This document shows, in pieces, positions 34,744-44,323 of a stretch of DNA of 64,000 nt; position 1 is the first letter of the stretch; every line of letters starts with the position of its first letter. The translations under genes and the position numbers were made by a program. Location of the stretch: positions 1,395 through 65,394 of the forward strand of contig CAWHSP010000032.1 of the NCBI GenBank assembly GCA_963831865.1, given 5' to 3'. The notes beneath the pieces are model-generated. The model was not told the DNA's origin. It worked only from the letters and a program-made list of their open reading frames with translations, and made no database searches. Origin of the DNA: Candidatus Bathyarchaeota archaeon. GTDB taxonomy: Archaea; Thermoproteota; Bathyarchaeia; Bathyarchaeales; Bathycorpusculaceae.

Positions 34744-34971
34744 TCACATAATTGAACCTGCGAAGCTAAGAACGATTAGAATAATGCCAATCATTACAAA
34801 AAATAGGCTAATAGCCCTGTCGCGTGTTACATGTTGGTTTGTCGGTTGATTTGTTTGATTTCTTTTACGGTTCGAAATATTTTCCCAAAGCATATGAATT
34901 TGACAAGAGAAACAAAATGGCAAACCTATGATAATAAGAATTACTCCCAACACAAAAAGAATGATTTCCAT
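34744..34971 (-). CDS. Small two-TM hypothetical protein
   Basis: Two hydrophobic helices; ATG start. Confidence 0.55.
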   Translation of the reverse strand: MEIILFVLGVILIIIGLPFCFSCQIHMLWENISNRKRNQTNQPTNQHVTRDRAISLFFVMIGIILIVLSFAGSIM

Positions 34972-35283
34972 GTTTTATTAACGAGCGTCTCGCAAATAAA
35001 AAAGTTACTTAAAAAGTGTTACTCTTCTTTCGGTGAACTAATATGTAAAAAGCAAAGTCCCCTTCTCTAGCAGCGTTATTATTCGCGGATATTTCGTGTC
35101 TACGGCTTAATGTACTTAAAACGATTTGTATTCAGAGGAACGAATATGTTGAGGTAACCGTGTTCTTTTTTGAAAAGATGCCAATTAGCATGTTGGTGAT
35201 TGCTAAGCAGCTTCTATGTTAAGAAAAAGACGGATTTGGCAAAGCTTAAGTTAATGTGCGTACAATAGCGGGTTACCCCTTGA

Positions 35284-35532
35284 GTGTTAAATATGAACAG
35301 ACATGACGCTATAACCGTGCTAAGAAAAATAATGGCTAGTTGCGCTTCATTCTATGATGCACAAGCGGTAATCATATCACAAAATAAAGAAACAGAAAGT
35401 TGGGTTCTGGGCGTTAGTTGGACTCCTTCCCCAGATGAAGACGGATGCTTAGACAAAATCCTTGATGAATACAATTTAGAATCAGTAACTATAAACGGGC
35501 ACATAGTTTTCCGCTCAATTCAAGAATCCTAA
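35284..35532 (+). CDS. Hypothetical protein
   Basis: 82-aa ORF with an upstream TATA-like CTTAAG. Confidence 0.6.
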   Translation: MLNMNRHDAITVLRKIMASCASFYDAQAVIISQNKETESWVLGVSWTPSPDEDGCLDKILDEYNLESVTINGHIVFRSIQES

Positions 35533-35551
35533 TTTGATATAGCCCAAGAAA

Positions 35552-35788
35552 TTAACAGCGTGTGGAAATCATCAAATAATCCTTAACATTGTCTGTTCTT
35601 AATTTGTGGCTCTTAACATAATTGTCTAACTCATTAGAACATGATTCTTTAACTGAAACTGCATCAGTTAGAACTACGTAATTCCCTGTTTCAGTATCCC
35701 AAATACCCCACTCAAGGAAACCTTTGAATATTTTTGGATGACGGGCGGGGAATTTCTTTGAGAACTCTATAGCTTCGGCAAAATCCAT
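35552..35788 (-). CDS. Hypothetical protein (regulon member)
   Basis: 78-aa ORF; regulon palindrome at 35840-35863 next to TTTAAGTA. Confidence 0.65.
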   Translation of the reverse strand: MDFAEAIEFSKKFPARHPKIFKGFLEWGIWDTETGNYVVLTDAVSVKESCSNELDNYVKSHKLRTDNVKDYLMISTRC

Positions 35789-35996
35789 GCAAATTTACCC
35801 AATTTACTTAACATTTGTTTCATAAAATACTTAAAGAGTTGTGATTGCAAATAAGTAGCAACAATACATTTTGTTGTGTTTTTACCATTCAAAAGAACTA
35901 AAAAAATAAATGTAGCTGTTTGTTATTACTTCCCTTTAGCGCTTGGTTGAAAAACCTAATACTCGTTTGACATCAAAGAATAAACAGGCAGCACTT

Positions 35997-36300
35997 ATGT
36001 TTGAACCCCATCAAGGAAATGTAAGATTAGATTGCGATTTTGATAAAGTTTGGGATTCTTTGAAGATTAAAGGTGAACTTCCTTTGCAGACTGAGAATAG
36101 AAGGGAAACCATTTATTGCGAAGGCAACCTTCGCTACAAAAGGACTTCATTCAGATGAAAAAGTAATAGTTTTTCTTCACCAAAAGAGTGGGAAGCGAAT
36201 TGAATCTGCAAGAGGTATGAATGCTGCTGGGGCATTACTATAGCTGTTGTGGAACTATAATTGGAATGTACTTTGAAGCATTGGTAGTTGATTATTCAAA
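35997..36300 (+). pseudogene. Frameshifted hypothetical protein with a Cys-rich C-terminus
   Basis: MFEPHQG..FDKVW..; other frames give KPFIAKA and YECCWGHYYSCCGT. Confidence 0.4.
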
Positions 36301-36395
36301 GTTGCTTTTGGCACACCATCTCATTCCAGAGAAATAATTTGAGCCGGGAATGTCGAAGGCGAAAAGTGCTTTTCGATTAGCGCTCACATAGCTTT

Positions 36396-36635
36396 TTATT
36401 TACGATTAGCTGCTAAACCATAAATTGTTACGGCCAAGCCGATGATTGCCGCGAATCCCCCGCCAACCGCCATAAACTGATCTTGAGCAACCTTATTTCG
36501 AACTTCCGCAGAAAGGGACTGCGATATTTGACCCAGCAAACCGCCGTACTGCTGCAAATCGGAATAGCCAATCCAGAAAATCACAACACCGATAACCAAC
36601 AGAAAAACGCCCACCGCCAATGCTCCAGCTCTCAT
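36396..36635 (-). CDS. Small two-TM protein, copy 1
   Basis: Nearly identical to 43988..44230; regulon palindrome at 36680-36703. Confidence 0.75.
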   Translation of the reverse strand: MRAGALAVGVFLLVIGVVIFWIGYSDLQQYGGLLGQISQSLSAEVRNKVAQDQFMAVGGGFAAIIGLAVTIYGLAANRK

Positions 36636-36770
36636 TTTTTTGCCTCGCACTAAAATTACCATTTATACATATATAACTTTGTGACTGAGCGGTCACAGTG
36701 ACAAATGCGCTAATTTGTTTAGAACATTCATTGGTTAGTATCATTCAGATGGAAACGAAATTTTCCAGCA

Positions 36771-36803
36771 GAATCCCAACAGCTTCAGCCGTGGGAATGT
36801 CAA
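36771..36803 (+). mobile_element. Orphan IS200/IS605/IS607-type right end (omegaRNA 3' hairpin)
   Basis: GAATCCCAACAGCTTCAGCCGTGGGAATGTCAA matches the typical CCCACGGCTTTAGCCGTGGG..GTCAA end. Confidence 0.65.
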
Positions 36804-36835
36804 TGATGCGCAATAAAGAGTTACTTAACACATAT

Positions 36836-36944
36836 GGGTGAGAACGAAACACCCTTTTTCGCGAAGAACGCTAACACCCTGACAGATTTTTTCATGAGTG
36901 GTGGCTTAACCGTTCTTGTCCTCTAATACATTTTTGTAGGCGCT
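36836..36944 (+). repeat. Non-coding repeat of about 110 bp, copy 1 (copy 2 at 51650-51757)
   Basis: Shared gggtgag..cttttcgc.aagaa..ccc..attttttcat.agtgg.ggctta..tttttgtaggc.ct. Confidence 0.7.
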
Positions 36945-37131
36945 GGTTGAAGCAAAAGTTCTAAAGAAATAATAGGACGTAATAGTTTGTCCCTTGTTTA
37001 GATCGTTTTAACCCTTCTCCCAGGTGAGGCTTAAAGCGGAATGGTTCAAGATTGCCTATACAAAGTTCAAATGGTTCGAACGAATTATATTAATCAGTTT
37101 TTCCTATTAAGATTAACATTCGCCTAGATGA

Positions 37132-38022
37132 TTGATTGGAGACATTTTGATAATGCGAAAGCGCGAGCCCATAGAAGATGCTAGAGCGGATTGGACCTTC
37201 CGCATGCGAAGAGGCTTGCAAAAAATGATGTCACGATCTTCTAGATTGTTTGGCCAGAGGTTTAGCCCTAGCGATTTCGAGATCGTGAAAATTGAAATAA
37301 ATATTCCCACACTTCCGACCCCCTTCGAAGGCTACCGGATAGTGCACATCAGCGACATACATTACGGGCAATGGATTTCCCTGGATAGGCTGATAGGTGT
37401 GGTTGGTTTGATTAACCAGCAGGAGCCAGATATCGTCGCGATCACGGGGGATTTTGTGTCCTACTCACAAGAGAATGTCGAAGAACTCATACAAGCGCTC
37501 AAGGAAATACGTGCGCGAGACACGACGGTGGCAGTGCTAGGCAACCACGATTATTGGGTCGGCGCGGAGAGGGTCCGCTCGATACTGAGAGAAAGCAAAA
37601 TAATGGAGCTGAACAACAATGTCTTTACTGTCACTCGAAAAGGATATGCGTTGCATTTTGCAGGAGTCGACGGCATCACTTTGAAGAAGAACCAGTTGGA
37701 AGAGGTCCTGCAGAAGCTGCCGCCCAACGGACCAGCTATTCTCTTGGCTCATGAACCTGACTTCGCCGACATCAGCGCAAAAACCAATAGGTTCAGTCTC
37801 CAGCTCTCCGGGCATTCCCACGGGGGTCAATTCGTGATACCCAAGTTCGGGACGCCTTTCCGCGTTGACGGTTTCAGGAAGTACCCCCTCGGAAGGTATC
37901 AGGTAGGGGAAATGGTCCAGTACACCAACCGAGGCATTGGCACAAACGCGTTCTGGATACGTATTAACTGTGCACCCGAGATTACGGTCATTGATCTACA
38001 ATCTGGAGAGAAGAAAATTTGA
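37132..38022 (+). CDS. YkuE/YaeI-like metallophosphoesterase
   Basis: SDIH, TGDF, GNHD, HEPD, SGHSHGGQ, NRGIG, PEI. Confidence 0.9.
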   Translation: MIGDILIMRKREPIEDARADWTFRMRRGLQKMMSRSSRLFGQRFSPSDFEIVKIEINIPTLPTPFEGYRIVHISDIHYGQWISLDRLIGVVGLINQQEPDIVAITGDFVSYSQENVEELIQALKEIRARDTTVAVLGNHDYWVGAERVRSILRESKIMELNNNVFTVTRKGYALHFAGVDGITLKKNQLEEVLQKLPPNGPAILLAHEPDFADISAKTNRFSLQLSGHSHGGQFVIPKFGTPFRVDGFRKYPLGRYQVGEMVQYTNRGIGTNAFWIRINCAPEITVIDLQSGEKKI

Positions 38023-39987
38023 CAAAAGACATTTTCGCGCGGGCATTAATTGTGTGGTTTTTAATATCTTTAGATATCTTCCTTACAGGCATCCTGATTG
38101 GATTTTACTCCCGCAATCTTGTTGTCGCTGTGATTGCGACTGCCGGGCTCGGGTTAGGTAATGCATTGCTTTGGCCCTTCTTAGCGAGGTTAGGACTCGC
38201 ACGCTCGGTGATAACGTTCGGGTTGAGCGCACTACTATTGAATGGCATAATACTCTGGTCACTGGCTTTCTTCACTTCAGAAATTGAGGCCTCTGGCTGG
38301 AGTTTGGTTTTGCTCCCTGTGAACATATCGATAATCAACACCTTGATTTCAGGAATGCTAGAAATCGATGACGATGCATCATTCTACCGTGAGGTTGTGA
38401 AAAGAATAAAGGGACGCGCAAAGAAGGCAGCGGAAAATAAGGATGAACCAGGTTTCATCTTTCTGGAAATCGACGGATTGGCCGAGACGATTCTTCGTAA
38501 AGCGATAGAGAACGGAACTATGCCGACCTTGGCAGAGTGGGTCAGCAGCGGAACGCACAAGATTAAGGAATGGGAAACGGACTTTTCGTCGCAGACTGGC
38601 GCTAGCCAAGCGGGAATATTGCATGGGAATAACAAAGACATTCCTGCTTTCCGATGGGTGGAAAAAGCGAAGGGCAACAAAGTCGTGTCAACCATTGGAT
38701 TGGGCGATGCACCAGTGATCGAGACACGCATCTCTGACGGGAAAGGTTTGCTTGCGAATAATGGGCGCGCGATAGCTAATCTCTATTCTGGTGACGCCAA
38801 AGACAATGTTTTCGTATACAGCAAGCTTAGCAAGATAGGCGAATTGTATCGCCAGTCGTGGAATACTTTCTATGCCGTTTCCAATAATCTTGTCCACACG
38901 ATTGCATACACTCTCTGGGAGTTAGTGCTGGAGACTCGGTCCAGGTACAGGCAGTGGCGAAGAAATACTCTGCCCAGATTGCGTCACCGCGGACGCGTGT
39001 ATTACTTTACACGGGTAGTGGCGGATGTCTTCCTGCGGGAGTTGAGTACTTACACGATCATTGGCGACATTATCTCAGGTGACAAGAATGCGATATATAC
39101 CACTTTCATGGGGTATGATGAGGTGGCACATCACTGCGGCATCTCGGACGATGAGGCTTTCTACGTTCTTAAAAAACTGGACAGGTGTATAAAAAGAATC
39201 GACAGAGCAAAGGCATATGCTCAACGACCGTATTACCTCTGTGTTCTTTCAGACCACGGTCAGACCAATGGCGCCACCTTCAAGCAACGTAATGGTTACA
39301 CCTTAGCAGATCTTGTAGAGAAGCTTCTCCCTGAGGGACACAGGATGTCCTTTGAGCTCGACTCCAACCAAGATCACTTCGGACAGATGGTGACGATTCC
39401 TTTGCAGAACGTTAGAAGCAGAGTTGCTCGGAAGTCGAAGAAAAAGGGGGATGAAAAAATAGATTCTATCGTGTTGGCTTCGGGAAACATGGGCCTGATA
39501 TACTTCACTCAATGGGCGGATCGGGTAAGCCTGGAGGATATCAATAAGACCTATCCAGCGATGGTGGAAGGTTTGTCGCATCACGAGGGGGTAAGTTTCG
39601 TTTTGATCCGCTCGAAAGAACAGGGGGCAGTCGTGATAGGCGCAAGGGGCAAGTATTACCTCACGAATGATAAGATAGAGGGTGAGAACCCGCATAGCTA
39701 AATTCGGGAAGCGGGCTGCAGAACACTTGCGGAGAACAGACAGCTTCAACTGCGTTCCGGACATTCTCGTCATGAGCATGTACGACGCGGAGAAGGATGA
39801 AGTGGCCGCGTTTGAGGAGCTGATAGGTAGCCACGGGGGTTTAGGCGGCAGCCAATCGAAGCCCTTCATACTGCATCCTTCTGAATGGAACCTTGAGAAT
39901 GAGGAAATCGTTGGCGCTGAGAACGTTTGTCGGCTATTTAAAAGAGAGATGACGAGTATTTCCACAAAGAAGCTCATAAAATCATAG
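38019..39987 (+). CDS. 4-TM phage-holin-like (YvlD/DUF360) domain fused to an alkaline-phosphatase-superfamily domain; frameshift near 39695
   Basis: N-terminal TM helices; EIDGL, SQTGASQAGILHG, YDEVAHH, SDHGQ, SHGGLGG. Confidence 0.82.
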
Positions 39988-40237
39988 CAGCACTTAGTTT
40001 AGTTTGCTTTTTCTTAACTTTGAAGCTTTTTTCGAGAAAATCTTAGCAATTGGTAGTCTTTATGCCAGAAAAAGGCGTAGGCATTGCCCAACGTAGTAAG
40101 TAATAAGTGATTGATTATGAAGAATGAGAAAAAGGAGACAAGCTATTCGCTTAATATTTGGCTGAAGTAGTTTTTCGACTTCTTGAAAAACTTTTTAGAC
40201 CGATAATTGAAGCGTTGAATAGCTGGTCTTATTTTTG

Positions 40238-40402
40238 TTAGAGTTTTCTTTTGGCTTTGCCGACGTCTTCTTGGATTTTACCTTTAACTTTTTCAGCTTC
40301 GCCTTTAATTATTTGACCTGTGTTGCCAGTAACTTTGCCCGCGCCTACGCGGATTTTGCCTTCATCCTTTTTGAGTTTTCCTTTAACTTCATCTTCACTC
40401 AT
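40238..40402 (-). CDS. CsbD-family stress protein, copy 1 (missing from the ORF track)
   Basis: MSEDEVKGKLKKDEGKIRVGAGKVTGNTGQIIKGEAEKVKGKIQEDVGKAKRKL; palindrome at 40449-40472. Confidence 0.85.
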   Translation of the reverse strand: MSEDEVKGKLKKDEGKIRVGAGKVTGNTGQIIKGEAEKVKGKIQEDVGKAKRKL

Positions 40403-40598
40403 AAAATTTCACTATAAACGTAGTACCTCTGAGATTTAATTAAACGTGTGTGACTGTTATCTCGCACCAACAATAAGCCGTTGCTTTAAAGAGAGCTTAT
40501 TTTGTCTCGTGAGTTGAATCTTTTGAACAAATATGACTTCACGTTTACAAAAAAGTTGGGAAGCAGCTTTTGGTGCTGCTATCATGTTTTGGTTGCTG

Positions 40599-40757
40599 TT
40601 ATATTCTGCGTCCTGTAAGCAGTCGAGCAAGTATTATGATGATGGCGATGACAAGCAGAACCCATATGATAGTGCCAAGGTTGAAGATGAAAAAGCCCAA
40701 AAGCCACAATACAATAAGAATCACACCAACAACGAAAAGAAAATCAAGTGCTCCCAT
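40599..40757 (-). CDS. lmo0937/DUF5670-like small membrane protein, copy 1
   Basis: MGALDFLFVVGVILIVLWLLGFFIFNLGTIIWVLLVIAIIIILARLLTGRRI; palindrome at 40807-40830. Confidence 0.85.
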   Translation of the reverse strand: MGALDFLFVVGVILIVLWLLGFFIFNLGTIIWVLLVIAIIIILARLLTGRRI

Positions 40758-41084
40758 TTTCAAAAACCTTCACTTACCCTTAACTTGACTGCTTTATTTT
40801 AATATGTGTGACTGTGAACAAACAGTTACAACTTCATCAGCCTTTCTTTTTAGTCTTTTTGGAAGTGCATATGAATGTTTCTTAATTTTCTTTAGTTTCA
40901 GTTTCCTTTGAATCGTCAGGGTACCAATTTGTTTATTAGCCATTGTGAGAGCTGATTTTTTGAGGATTTTTAAGTGAGTGACGAAGAAGCAAAGGGCAAG
41001 ATCCAGAAAACAATAGACAAACCACATGAATGCCACCAAAACTAAGAACACATGGGTAACGGCTGGCAGTTTGGCCATAAAAAA

Positions 41085-41235
41085 GGTCAGAGGCACAGGA
41101 AACGTTGCTTCATACGCTCTTAACAGTTTGTTGTGCCTGATTCTGAATAGAGAAGCAGCTGAGAACCTTGGAAATCAGACAAAGGAGCTCACCAAAACTC
41201 TTCAATACATAATATCGGGACAAGCAGCCCGTTAA
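41085..41235 (+). pseudogene. Transposase C-terminal remnant
   Basis: VRGTGNVASYALNSLLCLILNREAAENLG resembles DDE transposase C-termini. Confidence 0.5.
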
Positions 41236-41297
41236 GAGTATTCGGCTTTACCTCTCAGAAGCTATTCTTACTTGTTCTCAAAAAAAAGAAAAGATGT

Positions 41298-41480
41298 TTA
41301 AAGGGATTCTGGGGCGCAGAGGTTTTCTGCTTTGGCAGCTGTACGCATACAGCTTTTGCAGATGTATTTCGCGTCTTTCACAAATGGCTTTATCTTTTCT
41401 ATTGGTACTTTATCCTCTACCATTTTGCAGAGGTGTTTTTCATGACCTGGATGAGGTTGGGCTTTTGACAAAACTTTCAC
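41298..41480 (-). CDS. Small Cys/His metal-binding protein
   Basis: HEKHLC...YICKSCMRTA..ENLCAP; palindrome at 41516-41539. Confidence 0.75.
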   Translation of the reverse strand: MKVLSKAQPHPGHEKHLCKMVEDKVPIEKIKPFVKDAKYICKSCMRTAAKAENLCAPESL

Positions 41481-41613
41481 TTAAACAAGTGAATGAATAA
41501 TACTACATATAGTATTGTGATTGTGCTGTCACAACTACATAATATTATGTTTCCCATCACAGAATTGTTTGGGAGAATCAACAACTATTGAATAAATTAG
41601 GGCGTTTTGAGTT

Positions 41614-41853
41614 TTAAATTTTCTTCTTGGGGGTTTGATGCTCAGTTTCCAAGTGCATGGTTAATTCTTCTTTAGTATTGAAAACTTTACCACATATTTG
41701 GCAAGTAACCTTGTTTGGCGTTGGATTACTAATTCGAGGAAAGGAAGGCTGCTGATCTGGGGATTCAAAAGAGCCATCTGGTGGGGATGGTGCAATCAAA
41801 TCATTGAATGATTCATTTGGCTTCTTTTCGTAAGGAAAATCAGGCTCAGTCAA
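41614..41853 (-). CDS. C2H2 zinc-finger protein
   Basis: CQICGKVFNTKEELTMHLETEH; palindrome at 41898-41921. Confidence 0.8.
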   Translation of the reverse strand: MTEPDFPYEKKPNESFNDLIAPSPPDGSFESPDQQPSFPRISNPTPNKVTCQICGKVFNTKEELTMHLETEHQTPKKKI

Positions 41854-42311
41854 AATCTTACCTATAATACAAGTGGTTTATGCTTTTCTTAAACATTTGT
41901 GACTGTCTAACGACAATAACGTAAAAGTAAGTCTCAGTTAAGCAAACACTTTACTCGTTTCTTTCTCTCATTTTTTTTCACGAGAATTTTCTTACAATGC
42001 AAGTTGAACCTTTCTTCTCTCTGTCCTTCTACTATACTCGATGTCCTCGCCCAAAAGCCTATCCAGCAACGATTGCGAAGTAGATATTGTGTTTCTAAAG
42101 CTGTAGGCAGGCTCTGTTTGAACTGAATAGGCAGTGCGTGTGGAGATTTTTGGTTTTATTGGTTGGTTTTATTGGTTACCCTCTTAATTTTTTTACTGCA
42201 ACTGAAAAATTGGGAAAACTATTTTATTTGTTGCTTTAGATGTTTTTCAAAGCTAAGTAACGCGTTTTTCCCTTTTCAAACTTAATCAAAACTCTTTTTG
42301 TTGAATAAACC

Positions 42312-42662
42312 TTATGTATTCTCTCTAAATGTGTATCCGCAATTTGTGCATCTTAGAAATTGGGTGGATGATTCATCTGCGCCTCTTGTTTGAACTTGCC
42401 AGGCGTACGCATTGTTGTTTCCACATCTTGAGCACGTAACCTGTATGGTTGGCAGAGTACTTAGCTGAATTTCTTTACCTAACACTGAAACTAATTGCTT
42501 TGGACTGTGGTCTATAGTTTTGCCGTTGATTTTTATGTTTTCACTTGATTCTTTTTGTTTGTGCCCACATTTGGTACATACAAGCACGAGTGTAGTTTGT
42601 TTTCCTGTTTTGACCTTTTTAGTTACAAGACGGGAACCGCATTCTGAACAAAAATCCACCAA
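42312..42662 (-). CDS. tfs: Transcription factor S (TFS/RpoM) family protein
   Basis: FCSECGS..CTKC; CSRCG..QTRGADESSTQFLRCTNC with the acidic DE hairpin; palindrome at 42712-42735. Confidence 0.9.
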   Translation of the reverse strand: MVDFCSECGSRLVTKKVKTGKQTTLVLVCTKCGHKQKESSENIKINGKTIDHSPKQLVSVLGKEIQLSTLPTIQVTCSRCGNNNAYAWQVQTRGADESSTQFLRCTNCGYTFRENT

Positions 42663-42840
42663 GAAACAACTCCTTTTTCAACATAGAAGAATATTGAAGC
42701 ATAAATAGTCATGTTACTGTGTCAGATATATAACAAAGTACAAAGTTCAGTAACGCTAAAACGATTGCAGTAACTTAGCGGTTGTTGTTTCAATTTGTAA
42801 CAGCATCATTTTATATTTGTTATAATTGTGAGTATCTAAT

Positions 42841-42969
42841 TAGAAAGTGGAAGTAGCTTAGAACCAAGTTGAGCGGGTCTGGCTACTAACAGATGATAAG
42901 GTATTTCGCAGTATTTTTGGCGCCTTGTCAATGTTAGCGCTTGGCTAAATCCGCTTAATCCCCTTTCTA
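42841..42969 (+). ncRNA. Putative rod-shaped structured ncRNA, about 130 nt
   Basis: Nested helices with six G-U pairs; TATA TTTATATT at 42810; no ORF. Confidence 0.6.
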
Positions 42970-43045
42970 CCCCATCAAAACCACAAGAATTTGTTGTTTA
43001 TCACTTCTTCTTTCAGATTTACAACGAGGTTAGCTTGATAGAATG

Positions 43046-43280
43046 TTACAGTTTTTCAGGCGGCATCCAAACTGCTTTGCCGTCCACTATCTCCCGCTCA
43101 ACAGGCAACGGATAGGGCAATCCTAACGCTTCAAACACGCTCTGCTCAGTTTCTCAGGCGACTGCCACACCGTCCTTGATTAGGCCTTCGCTGTATTTGA
43201 TTCGCATTCCTTTGGAAATGGCGTACCTGCAAGCCACATATTATGGTCTGCTGATCCAGTGCGGACAAGTAGGTAGGTTT
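43046..43280 (-). pseudogene. DNA polymerase X (beta) thumb-domain remnant
   Basis: YLLVRTGSADHN..AISKGMRI..EGL..ETEQSVFEALGLPYPLPVERE with an internal stop and a frameshift. Confidence 0.7.
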
Positions 43281-43570
43281 GATTCAAAAAAGGGATCGCC
43301 CTGCATTTCATACGCAGGACGTTTATTCGCTTGGTTTCTCTTCGGCGGGTGCAGGTGCTTCAACTGGTGCCTCAGCGATTCTATTAACATATGTAACTGC
43401 TATTAAGCACCAACAAACAACAAGCCATTGCTCTAAGGACATATTAGGTTATACAAATTGAAACAGCTTGTTTTGTCAAGAACTGTTAGCACCATTGTAA
43501 CTGTCGAAACCCAACAACAAACGGATATAGAGTAGCCTCAACAAAGTTTAGTGTATCAAGGCGATTAGAA

Positions 43571-43960
43571 ATGAGTAAAACTCTTACAAATCAAGATGCT
43601 TCAAAAATCCTGTCCCCTGTGCCTTCAAAGAACGCTTTTTATTTTTGCACTGCAGAGGGACTCTACACAAAAGTTTCAGCAATCAGTCTGGAAGATTTTG
43701 CAGCCAAATTGGATGGCATAGATAATAGCTCTATTTTGTTTCATTATCCACGGGGCGATTTTCAAGCTTGGATAAGAGACACTTTAAAAGACGATGTATT
43801 AGCCGGCAGAATGTGTTTTATTCAGCGGGATATTTCGGGAGAGCAGCTTAGGAAAGAACTGTTAAAGATGGTGCAAAATAGAATAAGTGAACTCAAAGCC
43901 TCAAAGCAAGAAATATTTCCCCCAAGCCTATGTAATAAGGACGGCTTATGCCTATCTTGA
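43571..43960 (+). CDS. DUF5752-family protein
   Basis: AFYFC..SLEDF..SILFHYPRGDFQAWIRDTL; palindrome at 43496-43519. Confidence 0.8.
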   Translation: MSKTLTNQDASKILSPVPSKNAFYFCTAEGLYTKVSAISLEDFAAKLDGIDNSSILFHYPRGDFQAWIRDTLKDDVLAGRMCFIQRDISGEQLRKELLKMVQNRISELKASKQEIFPPSLCNKDGLCLS

Positions 43961-43987
43961 AACTAATGTGGGTGCGAGGTAGAAAAA

Positions 43988-44230
43988 ATGAGAGCTGGAG
44001 CATTAGGAGTCGGCGTTTTCCTGTTGGCTATCGGTATTGTGATTTTCTGGCTTGGCTATTCCGATTTGCAGCAGTACGGCGGTTTGTTTGGTCAAATATC
44101 GCAGTCTCTTTCTGCGGAGGTTCGAAATAAGGTTGCTCAAGATCAGTTTATGGCGGTTGGCGGGGGATTCGCGGCAATCATCGGCTTGGCCGTAACAATT
44201 TATGGTTTAGCAGCTAATCGAAAAAATTAG
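43988..44230 (+). CDS. Small two-TM protein, copy 2
   Basis: Near-identical inverted duplicate of 36396..36635. Confidence 0.75.
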   Translation: MRAGALGVGVFLLAIGIVIFWLGYSDLQQYGGLFGQISQSLSAEVRNKVAQDQFMAVGGGFAAIIGLAVTIYGLAANRKN

Positions 44231-44323
44231 AGGTTAAGTGAACTTTAATTGATAAGTAACTCCTTCACAAAACGCATTGGTACAATAAACTCTAATCAGT
44301 AAAAGCCTCACAATCTACAGGAG

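Noticed and set aside
40235-40802. Plus-strand ORFs 40235, 40533 and 40570 (also 50292, 50631, 47573)
   Set aside because: They are antisense shadows of the real CsbD and lmo0937-like genes
42841-42990. The rod RNA as SRP RNA, an H/ACA or C/D guide, or a SECIS element
   Set aside because: It lacks the SRP helix-8 motif and length, has no clear K-turn or C/D boxes, and no selenoprotein gene is adjacent
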